The position numbers and the translations under genes are program-made. From Erysipelotrichaceae bacterium (GTDB lineage: Bacteria; Bacillota_I; Bacilli_A; RFN20; DUOF01): a stretch of 64,000 bases of DNA. Location: contig SVBH01000002.1 of the NCBI GenBank assembly GCA_015058985.1, positions 50,727 through 114,726 of the forward strand, read 5' to 3'. Below are positions 9,646 to 20,110 of this stretch, piece by piece (the first letter of the stretch is position 1; every line of letters begins with the position of its first letter). Under the pieces are notes generated by a model. That model ran no database searches and had not been told where the DNA came from. It saw only the letters and a program-made list of their open reading frames with translations.

Positions 9646-9649
9646 AAAT

Positions 9650-9673
9650 GAGGAGGATACTCCTCTTTTTTTT
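9650..9673 (+). terminator. Rho-independent terminator after pyk
   Basis: gaggag/ctcctc stem, loop gata, T8 run. Confidence 0.7.
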
Positions 9674-9726
9674 CACAAAGTAAGAGGTAAATATTTATAA
9701 TGGTTTCAATAAAGTTTATCATATAA

Positions 9727-10509
9727 ATGGTGATAGTGATGACTTTTGAAGAAGTAAAGAAGATTAGAGAGCATGATCATAATGATATATTAAGGGAATC
9801 TAACATTAATGTTGTAAGTAAAGAAGATGAGAAAGAAACTGCTAATTTACTATTATTCATCAATGACTATTTCAATGGTAATAACAAAGGATTAATTAAT
9901 AGATTCAAAATAAAAAAACATAAATTGGTAAACACTGTTACTTTTGAAAAAGAACATATTTATATGGAAACAAAATATGGAAAAGGAGATATCTATAGCT
10001 TAGAGTCATTTTTCTTAGGTAAAGTTGATTTTAATGATCTTTTTCAACACGCTAAATGTCATTCTAATTCGATAACACTTGCTTCTTTATACTATAATCA
10101 AAGACCAGAGCATGAAGTGAAAGTATTAACGGGTATAGAAAGAACAATTACTACTGCAAAGACAAGACTGCATAGTATATGTTCGGTAAATCATCAAAAA
10201 AGAGGATACTTATATTTAGATCCTGCTGATAAAATGGGGATGAGTCCTGAAATATACAATATGTTTTTTAATTATGAAATATTGTCTGAATACGATCCAA
10301 AAAATACTGAGTTAATATTCGGAAAATTTGATAAATGTAATAAAAAATTAAAAAGTGAAGGAAAAGAATCATGTCATATAACTGATTTGTATTGCTTAAT
10401 GGCTACAGAAGAAACTATTAATTATTTAGATGATATTATCGAAGGAAAAAGAGATAATGATTTTGATTTCAGTGTTAAAAAATATGAGGTATTCAAAAAG
10501 GAAAAATAA
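9727..10509 (+). CDS. Hypothetical protein, 260 aa, Cys/His-containing, no family recognised
   Basis: Intact ORF with coding-like composition; no obvious RBS; start uncertain (ATG at 9727 or 9739). Confidence 0.45.
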   Translation: MVIVMTFEEVKKIREHDHNDILRESNINVVSKEDEKETANLLLFINDYFNGNNKGLINRFKIKKHKLVNTVTFEKEHIYMETKYGKGDIYSLESFFLGKVDFNDLFQHAKCHSNSITLASLYYNQRPEHEVKVLTGIERTITTAKTRLHSICSVNHQKRGYLYLDPADKMGMSPEIYNMFFNYEILSEYDPKNTELIFGKFDKCNKKLKSEGKESCHITDLYCLMATEETINYLDDIIEGKRDNDFDFSVKKYEVFKKEK

Positions 10510-10544
10510 TTTATAAACAATTAAATAATTTATTTAATATTTTA

Positions 10545-10662
10545 TTGAAATAAAATTTTAGTTTTGATAATATTAAAAGCGTACACAAAAGTACTGCATT
10601 TGGTCCGCTGTCTAAATGGACATGAACAAACTAAGAAAATACATGGAAGGAGTGAATTAAAG
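10545..10662 (+). promoter_or_regulatory. rplS promoter (TTGAAA-18-TGaTAATAT) plus ~80-nt structured leader, candidate L19 autoregulatory leader
   Basis: -35 TTGAAA 10545-10550, extended -10 at 10566-10574; leader contains hairpins gtac...gtac and gtcc...ggac ahead of RBS ggaaggag; by analogy to the L19 leader of Bacillus rplS. Confidence 0.4.
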
Positions 10663-11013
10663 ATGAATATGAAATTAGTTGATGAAATTACATCAAAACA
10701 AATTCGTCATGATTTACCAGAGTTTAGAGTTGGAGATACTGTTAGAGTAAATGTTACTATCAGAGAAGGTCAAAAAACTCGTGTCCAAGCTTATGAAGGT
10801 TTGGTTATTGCTAGAAAGAATAGCGGAGTTAAAGAAACTTTTACTGTTAGAAAGATTTCAAGTGGTGTTGGAGTAGAAAGAACTTTCTTATTAAACAGCC
10901 CATTAATCGACAGCATCGTAGTTACTAAGAAAGGTAAAGTTAGAAGAGCAAAACTTTACTACATTAGAAACTTATCAGGTAAAGCTGCAAGAATTAAAGA
11001 AAGAAGAGACTAA
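10663..11013 (+). CDS. rplS: 50S ribosomal protein L19. True start is ATG 10663 after RBS GGAAGGAG; ORF-track start 10564 lies in the leader.
   Basis: [29 protein letters not shown]...; ~116 aa as expected. Confidence 0.92.
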   Translation: MNMKLVDEITSKQIRHDLPEFRVGDTVRVNVTIREGQKTRVQAYEGLVIARKNSGVKETFTVRKISSGVGVERTFLLNSPLIDSIVVTKKGKVRRAKLYYIRNLSGKAARIKERRD

Positions 11014-11209
11014 TTATTTAGTCTTTTTTTGTTTGAATTTTAGTTAACTAACAGTTTACAAAAACGATAAAATCTTATATTATAAGGACGTGTAGATTTC
11101 CTTTGTCTATCGAACGGACTTGATGTAATCTACACTTTTTTAATGTCTTAATTTTTAAAGTCCATTTTAATAATTGTAAAAATAATGTATAATAAAAAAG
11201 GTGAGAAAT

Positions 11210-11782
11210 ATGGAAAATACTAAACAAGCGTTTTATAAAAGTTCGTGGTTTAAATCTTTGTTGATTTTTGCTGTCATTTTTTCTGTCTCTTTTGGAGCAT
11301 TGAAGATGACTCTTTTGCCTACTTTTGTAGATGGTCAAAGTATGTATCCTACTCTATCACATTTGGATTATGCAATAAGTTATAAAGTAGGAAAATTAGA
11401 TCGTTTTGACATAGTTACTTTTTCTTACAAAGATTCTATTTTGGTAAAAAGAGTTATTGCATTTCAAGGGGAGCATATAACTTATGCAGATGGAGTTTTG
11501 AAAATAAATGATAAAGTAGTAAAAGAAAATTTCATCAAAGATAGTGCTAAATTAGCTACTACCCAAGAATATGGTAATATTGATTATGTGGTCCCAAAAG
11601 GTGAAGTTTTTGTTATGGGAGACAACAGATATGGAAGAAATTCTTTAGATTCACGTTATTTCAAGGGTATCAGTAGGGATAAAATAAAGAGTAGAGGCAT
11701 GTTAATAATTGGTAAATGTGATTCTATCAAAAATGATAGGTGTAAAGGATTAAGTTTCAAGTGGCCTAAAAAAGTAAAATAG
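11210..11782 (+). CDS. lepB: Signal peptidase I
   Basis: N-terminal TM, SMYPTL (Ser box), VKRVIAFQGE, GDNRYGRNSLDSRYFG (Lys box region). Confidence 0.88.
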   Translation: MENTKQAFYKSSWFKSLLIFAVIFSVSFGALKMTLLPTFVDGQSMYPTLSHLDYAISYKVGKLDRFDIVTFSYKDSILVKRVIAFQGEHITYADGVLKINDKVVKENFIKDSAKLATTQEYGNIDYVVPKGEVFVMGDNRYGRNSLDSRYFKGISRDKIKSRGMLIIGKCDSIKNDRCKGLSFKWPKKVK

Positions 11783-11808
11783 AATAGTAATGAAAGGAGA
11801 GTGAGAAA

Positions 11809-12672
11809 ATGGATGCTCAAATTCAATGGTTCCCAGGACATATGTCTAAGACTAAAAGAGAAATTGAAGAAAAAATAAAATTAGTCGATTTATTGATTGA
11901 ACTGTTAGATGCAAGAGTTCCTCTTTCTTCACGAAATCCTTTGTTAGAAAAGATTGATAAGAAAAGACTTATTGTTTTGACTAAACCAGATTTAGCTGAT
12001 GATTCTGTTACTAATGAATGGAAAAAATATTTTAATGAACAAAAAATAGAAGTATTAATCTTAGATTTGAAGACAAAAATAGATTTGAATAAAGTTGCTT
12101 CTTACTGCCAAGATGTAATGAAAGATAAAATAGAAAAAGATAAAAAAAGAGGAATTAATCCTCGTCCTATTAGAGCAATGATTGTAGGTATTCCTAACGT
12201 GGGAAAATCTACTCTTATTAATCGCTTAAGTCAAAGAAAAGCAGCAAGTGTAGCTAACAAACCTGGACATACTAAATCGTTGCAATGGGTCAAAAATGAT
12301 AAAATTGAACTTCTTGATACTCCTGGTATTTTATGGCCAAAATTTGAAGATCAAGAAACTGCTATTAAGCTTGCTTTAATTGGTTCTATAAAAATGGACA
12401 TTTTGAATAAAGAAAAATTGATATATAGATTATTGTCTTTTATGTCTTGTCGTTATCCAAATATGTTGTGTGCCAGATATGATTTGGATTTTCCAATAAA
12501 TGATGATGCTGATGCTTTAAAAGCAATAGAATTTATAGGAATGAAAAGAGGATTTTTAATTAATAAAGGAAATATTGATATTGAGAAAACAATTGATACT
12601 ATTCTAAGAGAGTTTAGAGATAGCACTATTGGTAAATGTAGTTTAGAACATCCAAATGAAAAGTGGTTTTAA
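11809..12672 (+). CDS. rbgA: Ribosome biogenesis GTPase A (YlqF/RbgA)
   Basis: IQWFPGHM, circularly permuted GTPase motifs (KPDL...GIPNVGKST...DTPG). Confidence 0.9.
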   Translation: MDAQIQWFPGHMSKTKREIEEKIKLVDLLIELLDARVPLSSRNPLLEKIDKKRLIVLTKPDLADDSVTNEWKKYFNEQKIEVLILDLKTKIDLNKVASYCQDVMKDKIEKDKKRGINPRPIRAMIVGIPNVGKSTLINRLSQRKAASVANKPGHTKSLQWVKNDKIELLDTPGILWPKFEDQETAIKLALIGSIKMDILNKEKLIYRLLSFMSCRYPNMLCARYDLDFPINDDADALKAIEFIGMKRGFLINKGNIDIEKTIDTILREFRDSTIGKCSLEHPNEKWF

Positions 12673-12719
12673 TTGACCACTTTTTTTGATACAATATTAA
12701 GCGTTATAGAGGTAGTTAT

Positions 12720-13346
12720 ATGGCAGGATTAGATTATGAAAATGAATTTCGTAGATTAGGAAAAAACATTGTAGTAGGTATTGATGAAGCAGGACGTGGT
12801 CCTTTAGCAGGTCCATTAGTGGTTGCGTGCGCAGTTTTACCTCCATCTTATGATAACCCTGAAATTAACGATTCCAAGAAATTAACGGAAAAAAAGCGAG
12901 AGGAACTATTCACTTTGATAAAAGAAGTTGCTCTTGATTATTCAATTATGGTAGTGAGCGTTGAAGAAATAGATGCCTCTAATATTTATAGAGTTACCCA
13001 ACAAGCAATGGAAAAGATAACTTCTAATTTAAAAATAAAATATGACGCTATTTTAACAGACGCGATGCCATTACCCAATTGCAAAGTCCCCTATAAATCC
13101 ATTATAAAAGGCGATAGTTTATCACAAAATATCGCCGCTGCTTCAATATTAGCTAAAGTAACTAGAGATCATATTATGTATGAGTTAGATAAACAATATC
13201 CTATGTATAATTTAAAAAAGAACAAAGGATATGGAACTAAGGAACATATTAGCGCAATTCATGAACATGGATTTACTAGTATTCATCGTAAAACTTATGA
13301 ACCAATTAAATCTATGCTAAATGAACAATTATCTTTACCTATTTAG
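12720..13346 (+). CDS. rnhB: Ribonuclease HII
   Basis: VVGIDEAGRGPLAGPLVVA, SIIKGDS...ASILAK. Confidence 0.92.
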   Translation: MAGLDYENEFRRLGKNIVVGIDEAGRGPLAGPLVVACAVLPPSYDNPEINDSKKLTEKKREELFTLIKEVALDYSIMVVSVEEIDASNIYRVTQQAMEKITSNLKIKYDAILTDAMPLPNCKVPYKSIIKGDSLSQNIAAASILAKVTRDHIMYELDKQYPMYNLKKNKGYGTKEHISAIHEHGFTSIHRKTYEPIKSMLNEQLSLPI

Positions 13347-13842
13347 TTTGATATTTTTCTAACACAGGAATAACCTTTTTTTTCAAATATGGATTAACAT
13401 ATGTTGGAATTAAAGGCTTTTTTGTATCTAATTTTTCCCATTCTTCTTTAAAAACATAAGTGTGTTTTCTTAAAATTTTCATCCTTCTAAATCCTTTGAA
13501 AAGACCTTTTACTTTGTTAGATTCTTCAAATAAAGCTTTATTAAATTTAGCAAACAAATTTGCATATTCAGAAGCTCCTATTTCATTAAAAGCATCAGGA
13601 GTTTTATCAGAATAAGCAGTTTCTATATATCTATAATAACCGCCCTCGGAAAGAGCACAGATTACTAAATAAATATAATAAGCAGTATCATCTGGCAAAG
13701 AAGGTTTATATTCTGGATCATTTTTATGAATAGCAATTATTTTTGCTACTACCATATTTAAAAGTTCTGGATCTTCAACAGTTTTAAGATCAACATTTAG
13801 AGCTTCGTTGATGTAACTTTCGTATTTTTTTTTCATATTCAC
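13339..13842 (-). CDS. Hypothetical protein, 167 aa, acidic/aromatic-rich, no family recognised
   Basis: Intact minus-strand ORF convergent with rnhB (8-nt overlap) and divergent from dprA. Confidence 0.45.
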   Translation of the reverse strand: MNMKKKYESYINEALNVDLKTVEDPELLNMVVAKIIAIHKNDPEYKPSLPDDTAYYIYLVICALSEGGYYRYIETAYSDKTPDAFNEIGASEYANLFAKFNKALFEESNKVKGLFKGFRRMKILRKHTYVFKEEWEKLDTKKPLIPTYVNPYLKKKVIPVLEKYQTK

Positions 13843-13920
13843 ACCTCATTTATAAAAATTATAACCATTATTTTTAGGAAAATCCATAATATTTGCTTAT
13901 TAGTAAAATAGGAGGATATT

Positions 13921-14664
13921 ATGGAAGAAATAATAGTTTATTTTGCAGTAAAATATAAAGGAGATTGGGAAAGCATCTATCAAGCTATATCAAAGAAAGA
14001 AAGAGTTGATATGGATGAGGTAAAAAAGACAGTAGCATCTTTAAAAACTAAATGGGTAACGATAATTTCAAAAGACTATCCAAATAGTTTGAAACAAATA
14101 CCTAAACCTCCATTTGTTTTGTTTTACAAAGGTAATTTTGATTTGTTATTTCAAAAATCTATAGCAGTAATAGGAAGTAGAAATGCTACCAAATATGGTA
14201 TTTCAGCATGTGAAAAAATAGTTAAAGATTTAGTTGAAACTGAATATTGTATAGTGAGTGGTTTGGCAAAAGGAATTGATTCATGTTCTCATAGAACTGC
14301 TTTGAAATATTTTGGTAAAACGATAGCGGTATTAGGATATGGGTTAAATTTTAAAGATGAAGCTTTGCAAAAAGAAATAATAGAAAAAGGACTTGTTATC
14401 AGTGAATACCCCGAAGATGTTTTGCCCCATAAAAAACATTTTCTGTTTAGAAATAGATTAATTTCAGGATTGTCATCAGGAGTAGTAGTAATCGAAGCTA
14501 AATATAAAAGTGGTACGATGAATACAGTCGCACATGGTTTAGAGCAAAATAAAGAAATATTTTGTGTTCCAAATCGTATAAATGAACAAAGTGGATGTAA
14601 TAAGTTAATAAAAGAAGGGGCTAAACTTGTGGAAAGTGGTAAAGATATAATAGAAGACCTATAA
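13921..14664 (+). CDS. dprA: DNA processing protein DprA (short form)
   Basis: IAVIGSRNATKYG, SGLAKGIDSCSHRTAL, Rossmann-like DprA core. Confidence 0.85.
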   Translation: MEEIIVYFAVKYKGDWESIYQAISKKERVDMDEVKKTVASLKTKWVTIISKDYPNSLKQIPKPPFVLFYKGNFDLLFQKSIAVIGSRNATKYGISACEKIVKDLVETEYCIVSGLAKGIDSCSHRTALKYFGKTIAVLGYGLNFKDEALQKEIIEKGLVISEYPEDVLPHKKHFLFRNRLISGLSSGVVVIEAKYKSGTMNTVAHGLEQNKEIFCVPNRINEQSGCNKLIKEGAKLVESGKDIIEDL

Positions 14665-14760
14665 TTAATGTCATACTATGACATAGTTAACATATTTTAA
14701 AAATGAATTGACACAAGATTAAAAGATAATCATAATTTAAATAGTTATTGGAGGAAGAAC

Positions 14761-16725
14761 ATGAAACTTGTAATAGTGGAATCACCAACTAAAGCTAAAA
14801 CAATTGAAAGATATTTGGGAAAGGACTATAAAGTTCTTGCTTCTTTTGGTCATGTTAGAGATTTGGCTATGAGTGGATACAATGATTTAGGTGTTGACAT
14901 AGATAATGATTTTACTCCAAAGTATGAAATTGTTCCAAAAAGTGAAAGAGTCATAAAACAATTGTCTGCTAAAGCAAAAGATGCTGAAGAAGTTTTACTA
15001 GCAACCGACCCTGATAGAGAAGGAGAAGCTATTTCTTGGCATTTAGCAGAATTATTAGATTTAGACATTGATGATACTAAAAGATTAGAGTTTCATGAGA
15101 TTACTAAAAAAGCAATCTTAGAAGCGATTGAAAATCCTAGAACTATCGATATGAACTTAGTTCATTCTCAAGAAGCTAGAAGAATTACGGATCGTATCAT
15201 TGGATTTAAATTATCTGCATTAGTTCAAAAAAAATTAAACGCAAGATCAGCAGGCAGAGTTCAATCGGTAGCTTTAAAGTTAATTGTTGATCGAGAAAGA
15301 GAAATTGAATCTTTCCAAAAGGAAGTTAGTTATAAAATTGAAGCTGTCTTTAAAATAGGTAAAAAAGAATACACTTCTATTTTGGTCAATGAAAAAGGAA
15401 AAGAAGTTGAATTTGAAAACAAAGAGGAAGCAATGAAAGTTCTTTCTATTCTAAGTAATCAAATGAAAGTTTTAAGTTGTGATGCAGAGGAAAAACAAAA
15501 CTACTCTTTATATCCTTTGACAACTTCTTCTTTGCAACAAGAAGCATTTTCCCATTATAAATATAGGGCTAGTAAAACTATGAAAATTGCTCAATCTTTA
15601 TATGAAGGAGTAGATTTAGATAGTGGACGAGTAGGTTTAATAACTTATATGAGAACAGACTCTATAAGATTAAGTCCAAAATTTATTTATGCTGCTAAGG
15701 AATATATAAAGGATACATATGGAGAAGAATATGTTGGGTATGCTAAAACTCAAAAAGAAAATGATAATGTACAAGATGCTCATGAAGCAATTAGGCCCAC
15801 TGATGTAAATATAACTCCATCTAGTATCAAAGATAAGATTTCCAAGGATGAATATAATCTTTATAAGTTGATTTGGATTAGAGCAGTTGTTTCTATTATG
15901 ACTGCAGAAAAGTATTCTTTAAAGACAATTATATTTGATAACAAAGGATATACTTTTAAAGCAACTGGTAAAAGTTCTATTTTCGAAGGATATAAAAAAT
16001 TATACAAAGAATTGTCAAATAGCAAATATGAAGATATTGAAGATTTAGAAGTTAATTCGATTATCCCTGTTAAGGAAAATAAATTGAAAGAAGAAGAAAC
16101 CAAACCACCATATCGCTATTCTGAAGCAAGTTTAATTAAAAAGATGGAAGAAGAAGGGATTGGAAGACCTTCAACGTATGCATCTACTATTGATTCTTTA
16201 CATAAGAGTTTATATATTAAGGAAGAAAATAAGTATTTAAAACCAACTGATATTGCACTTCTTGTTAATGATCGTCTACAAGATTATTTTAAAGATTTTA
16301 TTAATGTTAAATATACTGCAAAGATGGAAAAAGAATTAGATCATATTGCTGATGGAAGTTTAAATAAACTTGTTTATTTACATCATACATATGATGATTT
16401 TAAAGAACCGTTTGAAAGCGCTACTATTATTATGCCTAAGCAAGCTGTTATGTTAGATGAAACTTGTCCTGAATGTGGAGGACAGTTACGTGTTAGTAGA
16501 AGTAAGTTTGGTGAATTTATATCTTGTTCTAATTACCCAACTTGTTCTTTTAAAAAGGCCAAAGAGGATGAATTGACTGGGAAAGAAAAAGAATGCCCAA
16601 TTTGTCATGAAGGGAAACTTGTAGTAAGAAAGGGAAAATACAGTAATTTCTTAGGATGTAATAGATATCCAAAATGTACTTATATGGAGCCTTTAAAGAA
16701 ACATTTCTTTAAGAAGAAAAAATAA
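14761..16725 (+). CDS. topA: DNA topoisomerase I
   Basis: MKLVIVESPTKAKTIERYLG...FGHVRDL Toprim N-terminus; C-terminal C4 zinc ribbons (CPECGG..C..C, CPICHEG..C..C). Confidence 0.95.
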   Translation: MKLVIVESPTKAKTIERYLGKDYKVLASFGHVRDLAMSGYNDLGVDIDNDFTPKYEIVPKSERVIKQLSAKAKDAEEVLLATDPDREGEAISWHLAELLDLDIDDTKRLEFHEITKKAILEAIENPRTIDMNLVHSQEARRITDRIIGFKLSALVQKKLNARSAGRVQSVALKLIVDREREIESFQKEVSYKIEAVFKIGKKEYTSILVNEKGKEVEFENKEEAMKVLSILSNQMKVLSCDAEEKQNYSLYPLTTSSLQQEAFSHYKYRASKTMKIAQSLYEGVDLDSGRVGLITYMRTDSIRLSPKFIYAAKEYIKDTYGEEYVGYAKTQKENDNVQDAHEAIRPTDVNITPSSIKDKISKDEYNLYKLIWIRAVVSIMTAEKYSLKTIIFDNKGYTFKATGKSSIFEGYKKLYKELSNSKYEDIEDLEVNSIIPVKENKLKEEETKPPYRYSEASLIKKMEEEGIGRPSTYASTIDSLHKSLYIKEENKYLKPTDIALLVNDRLQDYFKDFINVKYTAKMEKELDHIADGSLNKLVYLHHTYDDFKEPFESATIIMPKQAVMLDETCPECGGQLRVSRSKFGEFISCSNYPTCSFKKAKEDELTGKEKECPICHEGKLVVRKGKYSNFLGCNRYPKCTYMEPLKKHFFKKKK

Positions 16726-16787
16726 TACTGCAAATGCAGTATTTTTCTTTATAAAAAACTTTTTAAATGATAAAATGAAAAAGGTGA

Positions 16788-18068
16788 ATGAAAATGGATT
16801 ATATTACTGTTATAGGTGCAGGTTTAGCTGGTGCTGAAGCTGCTTATCAAATTGCTAAAAAAGGAATAAAAGTAAAACTTTATGAGATGAGACCTCACAA
16901 AGATGCTTTAGCACATCATACAGATAAGTTTGGAGAACTTGTTTGTTCTAATTCTTTAAAAAGCAACGCATTAGATAATGCAGCGGGACTTTTGAAACAA
17001 GAAATGAGAGAGATGGGAAGCCTTATTATAGAAGTTGCTGATGCTTGTAAAGTTGAAGCAGGACAAGCTTTAGCAGTTGATAGAGAATTATTTTCTTCTA
17101 AAATAACAGAAATAATTAAAAGTAATCCTTTAATTGAAGTTATAAACGAGGAAGTAACAAAATTACCAGAAGGAATAGTTATAATTGCTACTGGTCCATT
17201 AACTTCTTCTTTATTTGCAGAGGAAATAAAAAAAGTAACAAATGAAGATTCATTGTACTTTTATGATGCAGCTGCACCTTTAGTCAATAAAGATTCAATT
17301 GATTTTTCTAAAGCATATTATAAATCTAGATATGATAAAGGTAGTGCAGATTATATCAATTGTCCTTTTAACAAAGAAGAATTCTTCGCTTTTTATAACG
17401 AACTTATAAACGCTAAAAGAGCACCTTTAAAAGAATTTGAAAAAGAGCTTCATTTTGAAGGATGTATGCCTATCGAAACTTTAGCACAAAGAAACCCAAA
17501 AACATTATTATTTGGACCTTTAAAACCTGTAGGACTTGAACGCCCTGATGGTACTAGACCTTATGCAGTAGTGCAACTTCGTAAAGATAATGTGGGTGAT
17601 ACATTATATAACATAGTAGGTTTCCAAACTAATTTACTTTGGGGAGAACAAAAAAGAGTTTTTAGGATGATTCCAGGGTTAGAAAAAGCTGAATTTGAAC
17701 GATATGGAGTTATGCATAGAAATACCTATATTTGTGCTCCAAAACTTTTATTGGATTCATTACAATTAAGAGAAAACAACAATATTTTCTTTGCAGGTCA
17801 GATAAGTGGAGTAGAAGGTTATATTGAATCAAGTGCTACTGGCATCATTGCTGCTTTAAATGCTGTAAAATTATTAAAGAATGAAAATATTACCAAAGTA
17901 CCTACAACAACTGTTATAGGGTCTTTACTTAGATATATTACAGAAACTTCTCCTAAGCATTTTCAACCTATGAATGCTAATTATGGTATTATGCTTGAAA
18001 GAGATAGCGACAAGATGGTTGTGGCAGAAAAATCATTAGAGGATATAAGGAAGTGGTTCAATGAATAA
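16788..18068 (+). CDS. trmFO: Methylenetetrahydrofolate--tRNA-(uracil54-C5)-methyltransferase TrmFO (Gid)
   Basis: [17 protein letters not shown]-binding N-terminus; [16 protein letters not shown]; synteny topA-trmFO-xerC. Confidence 0.92.
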   Translation: MKMDYITVIGAGLAGAEAAYQIAKKGIKVKLYEMRPHKDALAHHTDKFGELVCSNSLKSNALDNAAGLLKQEMREMGSLIIEVADACKVEAGQALAVDRELFSSKITEIIKSNPLIEVINEEVTKLPEGIVIIATGPLTSSLFAEEIKKVTNEDSLYFYDAAAPLVNKDSIDFSKAYYKSRYDKGSADYINCPFNKEEFFAFYNELINAKRAPLKEFEKELHFEGCMPIETLAQRNPKTLLFGPLKPVGLERPDGTRPYAVVQLRKDNVGDTLYNIVGFQTNLLWGEQKRVFRMIPGLEKAEFERYGVMHRNTYICAPKLLLDSLQLRENNNIFFAGQISGVEGYIESSATGIIAALNAVKLLKNENITKVPTTTVIGSLLRYITETSPKHFQPMNANYGIMLERDSDKMVVAEKSLEDIRKWFNE

Positions 18069-18954
18069 GTATTACATTGAATATTTTTCCTATTTAGAAA
18101 AACAAAGAAATTATTCTTTAATTACCATAAAAGACTACAAAAATCATTTATTAAAATTTGAAGAATATCTAAATTCTGAAGGGATGAATATTTTAAATGT
18201 AGATCGCATTGCTTGCAGAAATTATTTAAATTTTTTATATCAAAAAAGATTATCAAAAGGCAGTATTGCTACTATTGTTTCTTCTCTTAAAAGTTTTTAT
18301 CGCTATTTAGTTAATCAAGGAATTATTACTACCAATCCTTGGATCAATATAAAGGTTTTGAAAGTAGAAAAGAAATTGCCAAGTGTAATGTTTGTTAATC
18401 AAGTAAATGAAATTATCGATAATATGAAATTCGATACAGATATAAAAATTAGAGATAATGCAATTTTTTTACTGCTCTATAATAGTGGTTTAAGAGTTAG
18501 TGAATTGTGTAATCTGCCTTTAAATTCTATTGATTTTAAAGAAAAGAAGTTTGTAGTAACTGGAAAAGGAAATAGACAAAGATGGTGCTTTTTTGATGAT
18601 GATTGCAAAGAATTATTAGAGAATTATATAGATAGAGTAAGGTCTAAATATGTAACAAATGACTTTAAGTTTTTGTTTTGTAGCACAAGAGGGACTCCAT
18701 TGAGTCCTCGTGTTGTTCAAAATGTTATTAGAAAAGTCGGAAACAATTCCATTCATACCAAAAGATTACATCCGCATACGATAAGACACTCTTACGCTAC
18801 TCATATGTTAGATAATGGAGCGGATATAAGAGTAGTTCAGGAAATGTTAGGACATCAAAGTTTGGCCACTACACAAATATACACTCATATATCAACTTCT
18901 AAATTAAAAGAAGAATACGCAAAAGCGCATCCTTTAATGAAAAAAAATAAGTAG
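18061..18954 (+). CDS. xerC: Tyrosine recombinase XerC (CodV-like)
   Basis: R..HxxR..Y catalytic tetrad context: [42 protein letters not shown]. Confidence 0.88.
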   Translation: MNKYYIEYFSYLEKQRNYSLITIKDYKNHLLKFEEYLNSEGMNILNVDRIACRNYLNFLYQKRLSKGSIATIVSSLKSFYRYLVNQGIITTNPWINIKVLKVEKKLPSVMFVNQVNEIIDNMKFDTDIKIRDNAIFLLLYNSGLRVSELCNLPLNSIDFKEKKFVVTGKGNRQRWCFFDDDCKELLENYIDRVRSKYVTNDFKFLFCSTRGTPLSPRVVQNVIRKVGNNSIHTKRLHPHTIRHSYATHMLDNGADIRVVQEMLGHQSLATTQIYTHISTSKLKEEYAKAHPLMKKNK

Positions 18955-19004
18955 TCCACTTTATTATTTATAAAAATAATAATAGTTGCTTGGACTATTT
19001 TTTT
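18952..19004 (+). terminator. Possible terminator after xerC (7-bp stem, long AT-rich loop, T7 run)
   Basis: tagtcca ... tggacta followed by ttttttt. Confidence 0.3.
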
Positions 19005-19142
19005 ATGTTAAAATATTGAAGTCTGTAAGGACAAATACACACACCATGGATTGATTATTCTAGTGCCAATAGCCACGGGGCAGAAGATTGGTGAGTAATT
19101 TTAGAAGTGGTGGAGGATAAAAACAAAATAGGAGGACTCAAA

Positions 19143-20108
19143 ATGAGCGAAAACAATGTAGAAGTAATTGAGGAAGAAAAAGTTCCTGTAGTTACAATCA
19201 GAAAATTATTAGAAGCAGGTGTTCACTTTGGACATCAAACTAAGAAGTGGAATCCAAAAATGGCTAAGTACATTTACACTTCAAGAGAAGGAATCTATAT
19301 CTTAGATTTACAAAAAACAGCTAACAAAATTGAAGAAGCATATGTTGCTTTAAAGAAAATTGTTGCTGACGGAGGAAAAGTATTATTCGTAGGCGATAAG
19401 AGAAGTGCTCAAGAAATCGTTGAAGAAGAAGCTTTAAGATCAGGTTCATTCTACGTAACACAAAGATGGTTAGGTGGAATGTTAACTAACTTCAAGACTA
19501 TCCAAAGAAGATTAAAAAGATTAAAAGAATTAAAGCAAATGGCTGCTGATGGAACTTACGATTTATTACCTAAGAAAGAAGTTGCTTTGCTTGAAAAAGA
19601 ATTAAACAAACTTCAAAAAGTATTAGGTGGAGTTGAAGAAATGAGAAGAATTCCAAACGCAATCTTCGTTGTTGATCCAAAAATTGAACATAACGCAGTT
19701 GCAGAAGCAAGAAAATTAAATATTCCTGTATTTGGAATTGTTGATACTAACAACGATCCTGATGATGTAGATTATGTAATTCCTGGAAACGATGATGCTG
19801 CAAAATCTTTAAAACTTATCGTTTCATTAATGGCAGATGCAGTTGTTGAAGCTAAAGGTGGACAAACTGTTATTGCATATACAAAAGATGATGCTGAACA
19901 AGATTTAACATTAAATGATGTAATGGACAAACTTGATGAGCAAAAGAAAGAAAGAGATGCTGCAAAAGAAAGAGAAAGAGCTGAAAGAGAAGAAGCTGAA
20001 AAAGAAGCTAAAGCAGCTAGAGCAGCAAAAAGAGAAGAAGCTGCAAAAAGAGCAGCAGCTAAAAAAGAAGAAAATAAAGAAGAAAATAAAGAAGAAAAAG
20101 GAGAATAA
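19143..20108 (+). CDS. rpsB: 30S ribosomal protein S2 with a ~70-aa KE/A-rich C-terminal extension. Start is ATG 19143 after AGGAGG; ORF-track start 19107 is upstream.
   Basis: [24 protein letters not shown]...; tail [57 protein letters not shown]. Confidence 0.93.
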   Translation: MSENNVEVIEEEKVPVVTIRKLLEAGVHFGHQTKKWNPKMAKYIYTSREGIYILDLQKTANKIEEAYVALKKIVADGGKVLFVGDKRSAQEIVEEEALRSGSFYVTQRWLGGMLTNFKTIQRRLKRLKELKQMAADGTYDLLPKKEVALLEKELNKLQKVLGGVEEMRRIPNAIFVVDPKIEHNAVAEARKLNIPVFGIVDTNNDPDDVDYVIPGNDDAAKSLKLIVSLMADAVVEAKGGQTVIAYTKDDAEQDLTLNDVMDKLDEQKKERDAAKERERAEREEAEKEAKAARAAKREEAAKRAAAKKEENKEENKEEKGE

Positions 20109-20110
20109 TC

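Noticed and set aside
10564-10662. 5' extension of rplS in the ORF track ([22 protein letters not shown]...)
   Set aside because: The extension covers the promoter -10 and leader hairpins. L19 length and the strong RBS GGAAGGAG point to ATG 10663.
11075-11841. Minus-strand ORFs 11075-11338 and 11656-11841 around lepB
   Set aside because: They overlap the rplS terminator/lepB promoter and lepB coding sequence on the opposite strand, and have hydrophobic low-complexity translations.
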